Source: Planctomycetota bacterium (GTDB lineage Bacteria > Planctomycetota > JAJSAM01 > JAJVHW01). Taken from it: 64,000 nucleotides of DNA. The translations under genes were made by a program, and so were the position numbers. Below, in pieces: positions 55,335 to 64,000 of this stretch. The notes beneath the pieces are model-generated. The model did not search any database, was not told where the DNA came from, and worked only from the letters and a program-made list of their open reading frames with translations. The number at the start of each line of letters is the position of its first letter. Positions within the stretch are counted from its first letter, which is position 1. The DNA lies in NCBI GenBank assembly GCA_021414065.1, contig JAIOPE010000004.1:38636-102635 (forward strand), read 5' to 3'.

Positions 55335-56137
55335 CGCCGCGGCCCGCGCTCTATGCGGCGGCGATCGGGGCGTGCTGCGGCATCGTCGGCGGCGCACTCG
55401 GCGGGTGGCTTGCGACACGCGACCCCGGACGGGGGCGCGGTGCGCCCGAGACGATCCGCGGAGACATTGACCGACTGGAGGCGGGCACGCTCTCAGCGCG
55501 GGCGGACACCGCAGATGCGTTGCAGGCTGTCGTGGCGCGTCTGGAGACCCTGGAACGGGCCGCCGCCAATGGAGACCCGGCGGGCGACATCGTGGGGACC
55601 GCGAAGGCACTCGCGGCCGACATCCGCGCGCTACGCGACGGAACCGCGCGCGACCTCCGCGCCGCCGACGCTCGGATCGCGGGACTGGAACGACGCGTGG
55701 ACGAACTGATGTCGCTCGTCGCACTCTCGCCGCTCTCCGCGCCGTCCACACGCGAGGCGACGCCCACCGCCGAGGAGGAGGCGGTTTGGGTCAACTTGGC
55801 TCAAGACGCCGACCCGATGCGGCGGTTCTCGGCCCTCGCCATGCTCGGCCGCGGGCGCTCCGATCGGAGCATCCGCGCGTCGCTCGAGGCGCTGAAGGAC
55901 CCCTCGGAACTCGTGGCGTGGCAGGCCGCACAGAATCTGGGACGGTTCGGCGAGCACAGCGCGGTGCGTGACCTCGCAGCACTGCTGCGTCACGACGCGG
56001 TTCTGGTCCGACACGCAGCGCATGAGGCGCTTCGCAGGCTCGGTGCGCCCGACACCGGCTTCGATGCGAGCGCGCTGCCGGCAGAGCGGAAGGCCGCCGT
56101 CGAGGCCATCGAACGATGGGTCGTGGAGACGCAGTAG
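55331..56137 (+). CDS. membrane-anchored coiled-coil / HEAT-repeat protein
   Basis: The GTG start overlaps the upstream stop (GTGA). The TM helix is LYAAAIGACCGIVGGALGGWL. A coiled-coil region follows. The C-terminal HEAT units read DPMRRFSALAMLGR...PSELVAWQAAQNLGRFG...DAVLVRHAAHEALRRLG. Confidence 0.65.
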   Translation: MTPRPALYAAAIGACCGIVGGALGGWLATRDPGRGRGAPETIRGDIDRLEAGTLSARADTADALQAVVARLETLERAAANGDPAGDIVGTAKALAADIRALRDGTARDLRAADARIAGLERRVDELMSLVALSPLSAPSTREATPTAEEEAVWVNLAQDADPMRRFSALAMLGRGRSDRSIRASLEALKDPSELVAWQAAQNLGRFGEHSAVRDLAALLRHDAVLVRHAAHEALRRLGAPDTGFDASALPAERKAAVEAIERWVVETQ

Positions 56138-56363
56138 TCGGCGCCCGGACGCAGTAGCGACTTTCGGCACACGTTGGGGTTGCGTTCCGTGGGCGGAAGC
56201 CGGACGCATCGCCAAACGTGGGACCGCCACCGCGCCCTTCGCTAGGATCGGCCCTTTCCACTCCGCTGCGGACGCCGAAAGTCCGCGGATGTGCCGCAGA
56301 ACTGCCTCGCCGAGCGACCGGGCCACCGGGTTGCGAACGCCGGGCGCACGCGAAGGAACAGGC

Positions 56364-57527
<1,164 letters not shown>

Positions 57528-57529
57528 CC

Positions 57530-58435
57530 ATGTCGGTTCTCGTCAACAAGGACTCCCGGATCATCGTCCAGGGCCTCACGGGCTCGGCGGGCGCGTTCCA
57601 CGCGGCGCAGTGCAAGGCCTACGGCACGAAGGTCGTCGGCGGCGCAGTGCCCGGCAAGGGCGGCACGATTCACGAGGGCATTCCGGTCTTCGACACGGTC
57701 GAGCAGGCCGTGCGCGAAACCGGCGCCGACGTCTCGATGGTGTTCGTGCCGCCGCCGTTCGCGGCCGACGCGGTCATCGAGGCGGCGTACGCGGGCGTCA
57801 AGCTCGTCGTCTGCATCACCGAGGGAATCCCGGCGATGGACGAGGTGCGGATCAAGTGCGCGCTGGAACGCACCCAGACGCGCCTGATCGGGCCGAACTG
57901 CCCCGGCATCATCACGCCGGGCGAGTGCAAGGTCGGGATCATGCCCGGCTACATCCACAAGCCGGGTCGCGTCGGACTCGTCTCCCGCTCCGGCACGCTG
58001 ACGTACGAGGGCGTGTGGCAGCTCAGCAACCGCGGCATCGGCCAGAGCACGTGCATCGGTATCGGCGGCGACCCGGTGATCGGCACGACGCACACCGACG
58101 CGATGAAGCTCTTCATCGCCGACCCCGACACCGACGCGATCCTGCTCATGGGCGAGATCGGCGGGACGAGCGAGGAAGAGGCGGCCGCGTACTACAAGGC
58201 CTCCGGCACGAAGAAGCCCTGCGCGGCGTTCATCGCCGGTGCCACGGCGCCCCCGGGCAAGCGAATGGGACACGCCGGCGCGATCATCTCCGGCGGCAAG
58301 GGCACGGCGGCCGAGAAGAAGGCCGCGCTGCTCGCGGCCGGGATCGCCGTCGCCGACTCGCCGGCGGACATGGGAATCACCATGATCCGGCTGATGGTCG
58401 AGCGCGGTCTCGCGCCGTCGTCGGCGCTCGGGTAG
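57530..58435 (+). CDS. sucD: succinyl-CoA synthetase alpha subunit
   Basis: [22 protein letters not shown]...[10 protein letters not shown]...GIGGDP...MGHAGAII (phospho-His loop). Starts 2 nt after sucC. Confidence 0.97.
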   Translation: MSVLVNKDSRIIVQGLTGSAGAFHAAQCKAYGTKVVGGAVPGKGGTIHEGIPVFDTVEQAVRETGADVSMVFVPPPFAADAVIEAAYAGVKLVVCITEGIPAMDEVRIKCALERTQTRLIGPNCPGIITPGECKVGIMPGYIHKPGRVGLVSRSGTLTYEGVWQLSNRGIGQSTCIGIGGDPVIGTTHTDAMKLFIADPDTDAILLMGEIGGTSEEEAAAYYKASGTKKPCAAFIAGATAPPGKRMGHAGAIISGGKGTAAEKKAALLAAGIAVADSPADMGITMIRLMVERGLAPSSALG

Positions 58436-58446
58436 GACGCACCGCA

Positions 58447-58620
58447 ATGCGCGGCGCGGGCCGGGCGCTTCAGGCGGTCGGCCTCTTCGCGATGCTCGGT
58501 GCTTTGATCTACGGCGTCCAGACGGACGATCTCGGCGGCGAACTGCTCGGCGCGCTGTTCGGGCTGGCGTTCGTCCTCATCGGGCGCAACCTGCAGGCGC
58601 GCGCGGACGCTCGCGGGTAG
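58447..58620 (+). CDS. candidate small two-helix membrane protein
   Basis: 57 aa: MRGAGRALQAVGLFAMLGALIYGVQTDDLGGELLGALFGLAFVLIGRNL... with two hydrophobic helices. It lies in the sucD-downstream gap. There is no homology evidence. Confidence 0.35.
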   Translation: MRGAGRALQAVGLFAMLGALIYGVQTDDLGGELLGALFGLAFVLIGRNLQARADARG

Positions 58621-58631
58621 TCTCGTACGCC

Positions 58632-59096
58632 ATGGAGAAGAAGGACCTCAGCGCGACGAGTTGGATGTCCACACGCCTCAGCGTGTTCGTGTTCGCGCTG
58701 ATCGGCGTGTTCTTCGTGCTGCGTCCGCCGTGGCTCGGCTGGGACGCGCTCGCGTCGTGGCTCGGCGGCGAGGTCCGCCTGGTGTCGGTCGGCGTGGGGA
58801 TTGCGTTCGTCCTGATCGCGTCGCTCACCTGGGAGAAGGACCAGCTCCGCGTGCAGTCGGCCGAGTTGATGGAGGCACTCAACCAGCTCCTCTACGGCGA
58901 GAACTACCAGCACCAGCGTGAAGCGATCGAGATCCTGCTGAACGCGCTCGACGCAAAGGACCCGGTCGCCCGCCGGGCAGCGCACGAGAACCTGGTGCGT
59001 CTCACGGGCCAGAACTTCGCCGACGACGCCGCCGTCTGGCGGGCATGGTGGGAGGCGAACAAGAAGTCGTGGGCCGCCCGGCGCCGGGACGCCTGA
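58632..59096 (+). CDS. hypothetical membrane protein with a HEAT-like C-terminal helix pair
   Basis: 154 aa. There are two TM helices, then ...REAIEILLNALDAKDPVARRAAHENLVRLTGQNF...WRAWWEANK. Confidence 0.55.
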   Translation: MEKKDLSATSWMSTRLSVFVFALIGVFFVLRPPWLGWDALASWLGGEVRLVSVGVGIAFVLIASLTWEKDQLRVQSAELMEALNQLLYGENYQHQREAIEILLNALDAKDPVARRAAHENLVRLTGQNFADDAAVWRAWWEANKKSWAARRRDA

Positions 59097-59100
59097 TCCG

Positions 59101-59541
59101 ATGCACGACACCGCGCGACGTGGGCTCGTCCGGCTGATCGGGGGCGTAGCCGGGGTCGCGGGAATCGTCTTCCTCGTCCTCCTGATTCTGCGCAGCTGCC
59201 GATCGGACGAGGAACGCCTGCGCGAAACCGTGGACGACGCGCGCGACGCTCTGGTCGAGCACCGCGCCGACGACTTCCTCGCGTTCTTCGCCGAGGACGT
59301 CACCTACCGGCACAAGCAAGCGCGGAAGGACCTGGAGCGAGACCTCGCGCGCTGGAACGAGTTCAAGCTTCTGCGCATCACCATTCAGGAGGCCGCGATC
59401 GACGTGACCGGCCGCGAGGCGTCGATCCGACTGCGCTGCGACGCGGGCGACATCTTTCGCACGTACCAGACGGTCGCCGTGGAGCTTCACGCCGAGAAGC
59501 GCGAGGGAGCCTGGCTCGTGACGTCCTTCGACTGGAAGTGA
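59101..59541 (+). CDS. hypothetical membrane-anchored NTF2/SnoaL-like protein
   Basis: 146 aa. The TM helix is LIGGVAGVAGIVFLVLLIL. Then ...ADDFLAFFAEDVTY...ITIQEAAIDVTGREASIRLRC...WLVTSFDW suggests an NTF2-like cone fold. Assigned by pattern only. Confidence 0.5.
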   Translation: MHDTARRGLVRLIGGVAGVAGIVFLVLLILRSCRSDEERLRETVDDARDALVEHRADDFLAFFAEDVTYRHKQARKDLERDLARWNEFKLLRITIQEAAIDVTGREASIRLRCDAGDIFRTYQTVAVELHAEKREGAWLVTSFDWK

Positions 59542-59626
59542 CGAGGGGGTCCCGTTCGCTCGGCGAGGAACGTGCACGAGACGCCGCGCTCGGACGAGCT
59601 TCCACCCGGCGCGTATCGCAAGCAGA

Positions 59627-59673
59627 TCCCGCGACGCACGCCGGTTTCCCGCGGACCCTCGCGCATGATCCGG
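59627..59673 (+). repeat. family-A repeat, solo 3'-terminal fragment (47 bp) abutting a full copy
   Basis: TCCCGCGACGCACGCCGGTTTCCCGCGGACCCTCGCGCATGATCCGGG equals the last 47 bp of the full unit (59864-59910) apart from one mismatch. It is separated from the next unit by only CGAG. Confidence 0.75.
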
Positions 59674-59676
59674 GCG

Positions 59677-59912
59677 AGCCCGGATCATGCGTGAGGGCCC
59701 GCGCCTGGGCGAGCCTGCGGGCCGACCGCTGCGTTGGGACCCTGGCGTGGCTTGACGAAGCCGACGCTGCGGGTCCCGCCTTGCGGTCAGCTCCGCAGAT
59801 CTCGCCCAGGACGGTGTGTCGCAGCTCGCACGTGCCTCGCCTCGGCGTCCGATGCACGGGACTCCCGCGACGCACGCCGGTTTCCCGCGGACCCTCGCGC
59901 ACGATCCGGGCT
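59677..59912 (+). repeat. family-A repeat, full 232-bp unit with imperfect 25-bp terminal inverted repeats
   Basis: The left end is CCCGGATCATGCGTGAGGGCCCGCG (59679-59703). The reverse complement of the right end is CCCGGATCGTGCGCGAGGGTCCGCG (59886-59910), matching at 22 of 25 positions. The unit has the same length and interior as 50905-51136. Confidence 0.85.
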
Positions 59913-59942
59913 AGTCTCCGCCGTTCCCAGGAGGACGTCCGC

Positions 59943-60941
59943 TTGAGCGCCACAGGAAGCAACAAAGCCGCCATGGAACTGCTCCTCGCCGAGATCGCGC
60001 CCGACGTGGCGAAGGTCGAAGCGGCGATCGAGCTCGTGGCCGACGCGCCCGCCGGCTACGTGCGGGAACTCGTCGAGCACGTCCGCGGGTTCGGCGGCAA
60101 GCGACTGCGCCCTGCGATGGTGCTCCTGGCCGGGCGCGCGGTGAACCCGGAGAAGACGGGCGACCAACACGCCCGGCTCGGCGCCGTCGTGGAACTGATC
60201 CACACGGCGACGCTCGTCCACGACGACATCCTCGACGGCGCGCTCATGCGCCGCGGTCGCCCGACGCTTCACAAGATGGAGGGCCAGGAGGTCGCGGTTC
60301 TCCTCGGCGACTTCCTGCTCGCGAGCGCCTACGCCGAGGCGGCGTCGATCTCCGGCGGCGCAGCGCACTACCTGGCGCACGTCACCCGGCAGGTCTGTCA
60401 GGGCGAGGTGCTCCAGGTCCACGAGCGCGGCAACCTCGACCTCGAGGAGAAGACGTACCTCGAGATCATCGAGAAGAAGACCGCGATTCTCTACGCGGCT
60501 TCCTGCCGGGTCGGTGCCGAGTACGCGGGCGGCACGGCGGAGGAGATCGCAGCGCTCGACGCCTTCGGGCTCGGGATCGGCATGGCATTCCAGGTGATCG
60601 ACGACGTGCTCGACCTGGTCGGCGACGAGCAGGTCGTCGGCAAGTCGCTCGGCACCGACCTGCAGCGGCAGAAGATGACGCTTCCGCTCATCCACTTCAT
60701 GCGGACCGCCGACAGCGCGATCGTGGCGAGCGTTCGCGACGCGCTCTCGTCTGGTCGCGGGTTCGAGATGGCGTCCGTGATCCGCGACGCGGTCGTTGCC
60801 AACGGGTCGGTGGACGCCGCCCGCGATCGCGCCGAGAAGATGGTCGTGGACGCCAGCGCGCGGCTCGACGTGCTCCGGCCGTCGCGCGAGCGAGAGACGC
60901 TTCGTCGCATCGCTGACTACGTCCTCGAACGCAAGCGCTGA
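59943..60941 (+). CDS. trans-polyprenyl diphosphate synthase (IspB/HepT-like; chain length not determinable)
   Basis: Both Asp-rich motifs are present (LVHDDILDGALMRRG and FQVIDDVLDL). The TTG at 59943 lies 7 nt after AGGAGGA. The alternative start is the ATG at 59973. Confidence 0.88.
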   Translation: MSATGSNKAAMELLLAEIAPDVAKVEAAIELVADAPAGYVRELVEHVRGFGGKRLRPAMVLLAGRAVNPEKTGDQHARLGAVVELIHTATLVHDDILDGALMRRGRPTLHKMEGQEVAVLLGDFLLASAYAEAASISGGAAHYLAHVTRQVCQGEVLQVHERGNLDLEEKTYLEIIEKKTAILYAASCRVGAEYAGGTAEEIAALDAFGLGIGMAFQVIDDVLDLVGDEQVVGKSLGTDLQRQKMTLPLIHFMRTADSAIVASVRDALSSGRGFEMASVIRDAVVANGSVDAARDRAEKMVVDASARLDVLRPSRERETLRRIADYVLERKR

Positions 60942-61553
60942 TCACGCGCCGGGACGCGGAGCTCTCGCGATGACGCGGACCGCGGACGACGCGCAGTAGG
61001 TCTCGCCGCCGAGGCGTCCCGTGGCGTCGAGCTTGACGGGGTCAGGGCGGCCGTCGGCGTCGAGCACGTCGTCGGACAGGTGGAACCGGACGATCCGGAG
61101 CAGGAAAACGTCGGCGGGGCCGTCACCGACCTCGAGATGCTGCGAGACACGCGCTTCCATCGCGAGAGGGGCGCCGTCGATCCGCGGCGGGCGGACGTCC
61201 ACCGAGGGCAACTTCGCGAGGTGCGCGAGATCGAACTCGTCCACGCCGTGCGGCACGTCGGCGGACGTCGCGACCATCGCCTCGGCCAATCGTTGCGGCG
61301 GGATGTGCACGACCGCCTCGCCGGTCTCAAGCAGATTGAGCGCCGTGTCCTTCCGGCGCCCGCGGCTCCGTCCGACCGAGATCAGCACCGTCGGCGGTGT
61401 CGCGGTGATCCCGGCGAAGAAGCTGAACGGTGCGAGGTTGGCGCGGCCGAGAGCGTCCACGGTGCTGACCCACGCAATCGGGCGCGGCACGACGCAGGCG
61501 ATCAGTAGGCGATAGGCGTCTGCGGCTGCGAGGGAAGAGGCGACGATCTGCAT
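60942..61553 (-). CDS. flavin reductase-like FMN-binding protein
   Basis: MQIVASS... from the ATG at 61553. AYRLLIACVVPRPIAWVSTVDALGRANLAPFSFF...TPPTVLISV matches the flavin_reduct (DIM6/NTAB) family pattern. Confidence 0.8.
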   Translation of the reverse strand: MQIVASSLAAADAYRLLIACVVPRPIAWVSTVDALGRANLAPFSFFAGITATPPTVLISVGRSRGRRKDTALNLLETGEAVVHIPPQRLAEAMVATSADVPHGVDEFDLAHLAKLPSVDVRPPRIDGAPLAMEARVSQHLEVGDGPADVFLLRIVRFHLSDDVLDADGRPDPVKLDATGRLGGETYCASSAVRVIARAPRPGA

Positions 61554-61575
61554 GGGACCTCCGGGGCGACTCGAG

Positions 61576-61938
61576 TCAGAGACGGTCGTATTTGTCTGCA
61601 CGCCCGCGAGCCTTCTCGACCGGGTACTTCAGGGCGTTCTCCTCGATCTTCCGGAGCGTCGTCTCGTAGAGGTCCACGCCCATGACATCCGAGGCCGACA
61701 GCAGGAGGATCAGCACGTCGGCCATCTCGCGTGCCACGGCGGCCTTCTTGGCCGGGTCGGCCAGATCCGCCCGCGTCTCGTCGTCCGTCCGCCACTGAAA
61801 GTGCTCGAGCAACTCCGCCGCTTCGATCGCGACCGACGCCGCGAGATCTTTCGGCGTGTGGAACTTCCGCCAGTCGCGGTCGTCGCGGAAGCGCCGCACG
61901 TTTTCCTCGAGGACGCCGAAGTCGCGTGGTGCGGTCAT
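61576..61938 (-). CDS. MazG-type nucleotide pyrophosphohydrolase
   Basis: 120 aa. FRDDRDWRKFHTPKDLAASVAIEAAELLEHFQW...EMADVLILLL...LRKIEENALKYP is the small MazG/dCTPase-like family pattern. Confidence 0.85.
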   Translation of the reverse strand: MTAPRDFGVLEENVRRFRDDRDWRKFHTPKDLAASVAIEAAELLEHFQWRTDDETRADLADPAKKAAVAREMADVLILLLSASDVMGVDLYETTLRKIEENALKYPVEKARGRADKYDRL

Positions 61939-62003
61939 CCGGTCCAGTATCGTCTCCGCGCAGGCGCGCCTCGAACTTGGCCGCGCCCAGCCCGGAGGGT
62001 TCG

Positions 62004-62657
62004 ATGTCCGTCGAAGGCTCGCGCGTCACCGATCGTCACTTCCGCTACATCGAAGAACGCACCACCCCGGAGGACGCCTTCCTGCGCGACCTTCGCGAGT
62101 CGGCGGTGCGAGAGGGTATCCCCGCGATTTCGATCGGACCGGCGCAGGGCGCATTCCTGCAGATCCTGCTGCAACTGCGCGGCGCGCGCGACGTGGTCGA
62201 GGTCGGCACACTCGCCGGCTACTCGGCGATCTGGATGGCCCGCGCGCTTCCGGCGGGCGGGAAGGTCCGCACGATCGAGTTCAACCCGCGCCACGCGGCG
62301 TTCGCATCCCGGTGGGCCGCCCGGTCGGACGTTGCCGACAGGGTGGAGGTCCACGTCGGACGTGGCATCGACGTGCTCCGGACGTTCGCCGACGCATCCG
62401 CCGACGCGGCGTTCCTCGACGCCGACAAGGCGAGCTACCCGCTCTACCTCGAAGAGAGCCTGCGCGTACTCCGTCCGCACGGGCTGGTCATGGTGGACAA
62501 CGCGTTTGCGTTCGGCCAACTGTTCGATGAGCGCCCGACGGACCGCGAGGCGCCGGCGGTTCAAGCGTTCAACGAGGTCATGGCGCGCGAGAGCCGCGTG
62601 CTGAGCGTCATCGTTCCGCTCGGCGACGGCGTGTGGGTCGGCGTGAAGCGCGACTGA
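62004..62657 (+). CDS. class I SAM-dependent O-methyltransferase (caffeoyl-CoA OMT-like, family 3)
   Basis: The SAM-binding motif is VVEVGTLAGYSAIWMA. ...AAFLDADKASYPLYLEESLRVLRPHGLVMVDN follows. Confidence 0.85.
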   Translation: MSVEGSRVTDRHFRYIEERTTPEDAFLRDLRESAVREGIPAISIGPAQGAFLQILLQLRGARDVVEVGTLAGYSAIWMARALPAGGKVRTIEFNPRHAAFASRWAARSDVADRVEVHVGRGIDVLRTFADASADAAFLDADKASYPLYLEESLRVLRPHGLVMVDNAFAFGQLFDERPTDREAPAVQAFNEVMARESRVLSVIVPLGDGVWVGVKRD

Positions 62658-64000
62658 TCACGGATCGTCCGGCCCCGGCCGTCGCCAAGGGAAGACGTCG
62701 GGCGTTCGTCCAGCCCGGAAGCGGATTGCACCGGTCGTGCCCGTGACCCAGGCGCCCGGCATGGTGACGGTGGACGCGTCGGAACTGCTCGCCACGCTCA
62801 CGCGCGCAGCAATCGCGAGCGCAAGTCGTTGCTGCGCCTCGCCGTCGCCGCGACCGTGGTGCGGCAGGACGAGTACGTCGGCCCGCAGCAGGTCGGTCCG
62901 GGCGGCCAGTGCGGTCAGCGGAGGCCCCTCGAGGTCGCCGGTGAGGAGGACCGAGAGTCCGGCGCCGCCCGCGATGCGTGCGTCGCTGACGACGGCGTGG
63001 AGTACGAGTGAGTCGACGTTCTCGGCGCCGCTGGCTGCGGGTGCCGACGGGTGGAGCGCGATCGCCTCGATTCCCGCGACGGAGATCCGATCTCCCGCGA
63101 GGGCCGCCGCGACGGGGATAGCGGCCTCGCGGCATGCATCGAGTACCGACATCGCAAGTGGCGACGCACCGAAGCCCGCCGAGACGACGACGCGCCCGAC
63201 GGCGACCTCGCGCAGTACGTCTGCCGCAGCGCCGCAGTGGTCGGAGTCCTCGTGCGACAGGCAGAGCACGTCGATCTGGCGGACACCCAGTTCGCGAAGT
63301 GCGGGCACGATGACGCGATCGCCTACGCCCGGCGATCGCCCGCCGGCGTCGTAGAGGATCGTGCCGCCGGCGGGCGACCGGAGAACGACGGCCAGGCCGT
63401 GGCCGACGTCCAGGGCAACGACTTCCGCAGCGCTGTCGCGTGGTTGGATCGCCGCGGCGAATCCGGGCAACGTCGCGGCGCCGACGAGCAGCCAGAGGTC
63501 CCGGCGGCGCCACGTCCGGAGCATCGCGGCGCTCACCAGGATCGCCACGCTTGCAGCGGTGGCCCACGGCGGTGGCCGGCCGAGCGCGAAGTGTCCGAGG
63601 GGAGCCGCCGCCGCCACGTCCACGGATCCGACGAACACGGCGCATGCGAAGTCCGCGAGTCGCGTCGTCAGCGTCGCGCACGCGCCGCCCACCATCGCCA
63701 GCGCAGCCGCCAGGGGGAGAACGACTGCGAAGATCGGCACGGCAAACAGATTCGCCACGATCCCTGCGGGCTGCGCCGATCCGAACGCCGCGGCGACGAT
63801 CGGCGCAGTTGCGGCCTGCGCGGCGAGCGTGGTGGCGAAGCTCGTCGCCAGCGCGCGCATCCACCGAAGCCTGCGCGCCGGGATCGCACCCGGGAACTTC
63901 GCCAGCAGCAGCAGTCTTGGGAAGAGCGTGTCGCGAATCCGCGTCGCGAAGAGCGAGATCCCGGCCACCGCCGCGAACGAGAGCTGGAACCCGGGGTCCG
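62658..64000 (-). CDS. comEC: DNA internalization-related competence protein ComEC/Rec2, C-terminal part (continues past the window edge)
   Basis: The frame stays open to base 64000. The competence-domain helices read FQLSFAAVAGISL.... The metallo-beta-lactamase domain reads VVALDVGHGLAVVLRSP...ILYDAGG...DVLCLSHEDSDHCGG-like...VLVLPHHG. Confidence 0.85.
   Translation of the reverse strand, partial: DPGFQLSFAAVAGISLFATRIRDTLFPRLLLLAKFPGAIPARRLRWMRALATSFATTLAAQAATAPIVAAAFGSAQPAGIVANLFAVPIFAVVLPLAAALAMVGGACATLTTRLADFACAVFVGSVDVAAAAPLGHFALGRPPPWATAASVAILVSAAMLRTWRRRDLWLLVGAATLPGFAAAIQPRDSAAEVVALDVGHGLAVVLRSPAGGTILYDAGGRSPGVGDRVIVPALRELGVRQIDVLCLSHEDSDHCGAAADVLREVAVGRVVVSAGFGASPLAMSVLDACREAAIPVAAALAGDRISVAGIEAIALHPSAPAASGAENVDSLVLHAVVSDARIAGGAGLSVLLTGDLEGPPLTALAARTDLLRADVLVLPHHGRGDGEAQQRLALAIAARVSVASSSDASTVTMPGAWVTGTTGAIRFRAGRTPDVFPWRRPGPDDP

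Noticed and set aside
56157-56286. A GAAAGTCC string (56277-56284) reminiscent of the RNase P RNA P4 region. A 12-nt long-range inverted repeat (GCGACTTTCGGC at 56157-56168 and GCCGAAAGTCCGC at 56274-56286) lies upstream of sucC.
   Set aside because: The whole gap is only about 226 bp, too short for RNase P RNA, and the other universally conserved RNase P segments are absent. The inverted repeat may simply be a 5'-UTR hairpin. There is not enough evidence for a call.

Overview
This is a very GC-rich, densely coding chromosomal segment from a diderm-type bacterium; I cannot assign the taxon from sequence alone. Most of the window is recognisable housekeeping. On the minus strand are tig-clpP-clpX, yidD-rnpA, trmD-rplS-yraN-ptsN-like and an Mla-type lipid transport operon. 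On the plus strand are tRNA-Leu(TAG), rsmE, scpB, lexA, ribE, sucCD and a polyprenyl synthase. A mazG-like gene, a flavin reductase, an O-methyltransferase and a partial comEC lie at the right edge. The standout is a co-directional, tightly packed block of about 21 kb (10878-32298). It encodes a GAF/sigma-54 enhancer-binding protein and a dual-FHA transmembrane protein. These are followed by a PilM-PilN fusion (GspL-like topology), a PilO/GspM-like protein and a membrane-anchored TPR protein. Next come a GspG-like major pseudopilin and four further prepilin-type proteins, one of them an 1813-aa GspK-like giant with a LamG module. The block ends with a secreted protein carrying a CxxCxGxG zinc-finger-like tail and a small lipoprotein. 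No secretin, assembly ATPase, platform protein or prepilin peptidase is present in the window. I read it as a non-canonical type II secretion / type IV filament-like system. Two dispersed non-coding repeat families fill several intergenic regions. One is a 232-bp element bounded by 25-bp inverted termini that differ between copies yet stay self-complementary. The other is a unit of about 130 bp that occurs in tandem and also forms the 3' tail of the ribE ORF. Other points worth a second look are a cluster of exported HEAT-repeat proteins, a Trp/Pro-repeat lipoprotein translationally coupled to mlaE, and a 25-codon hydrophobic ORF plus palindrome upstream of lexA. The many long ORFs antisense to real genes in the six-frame track are GC-driven shadow ORFs and were not called.
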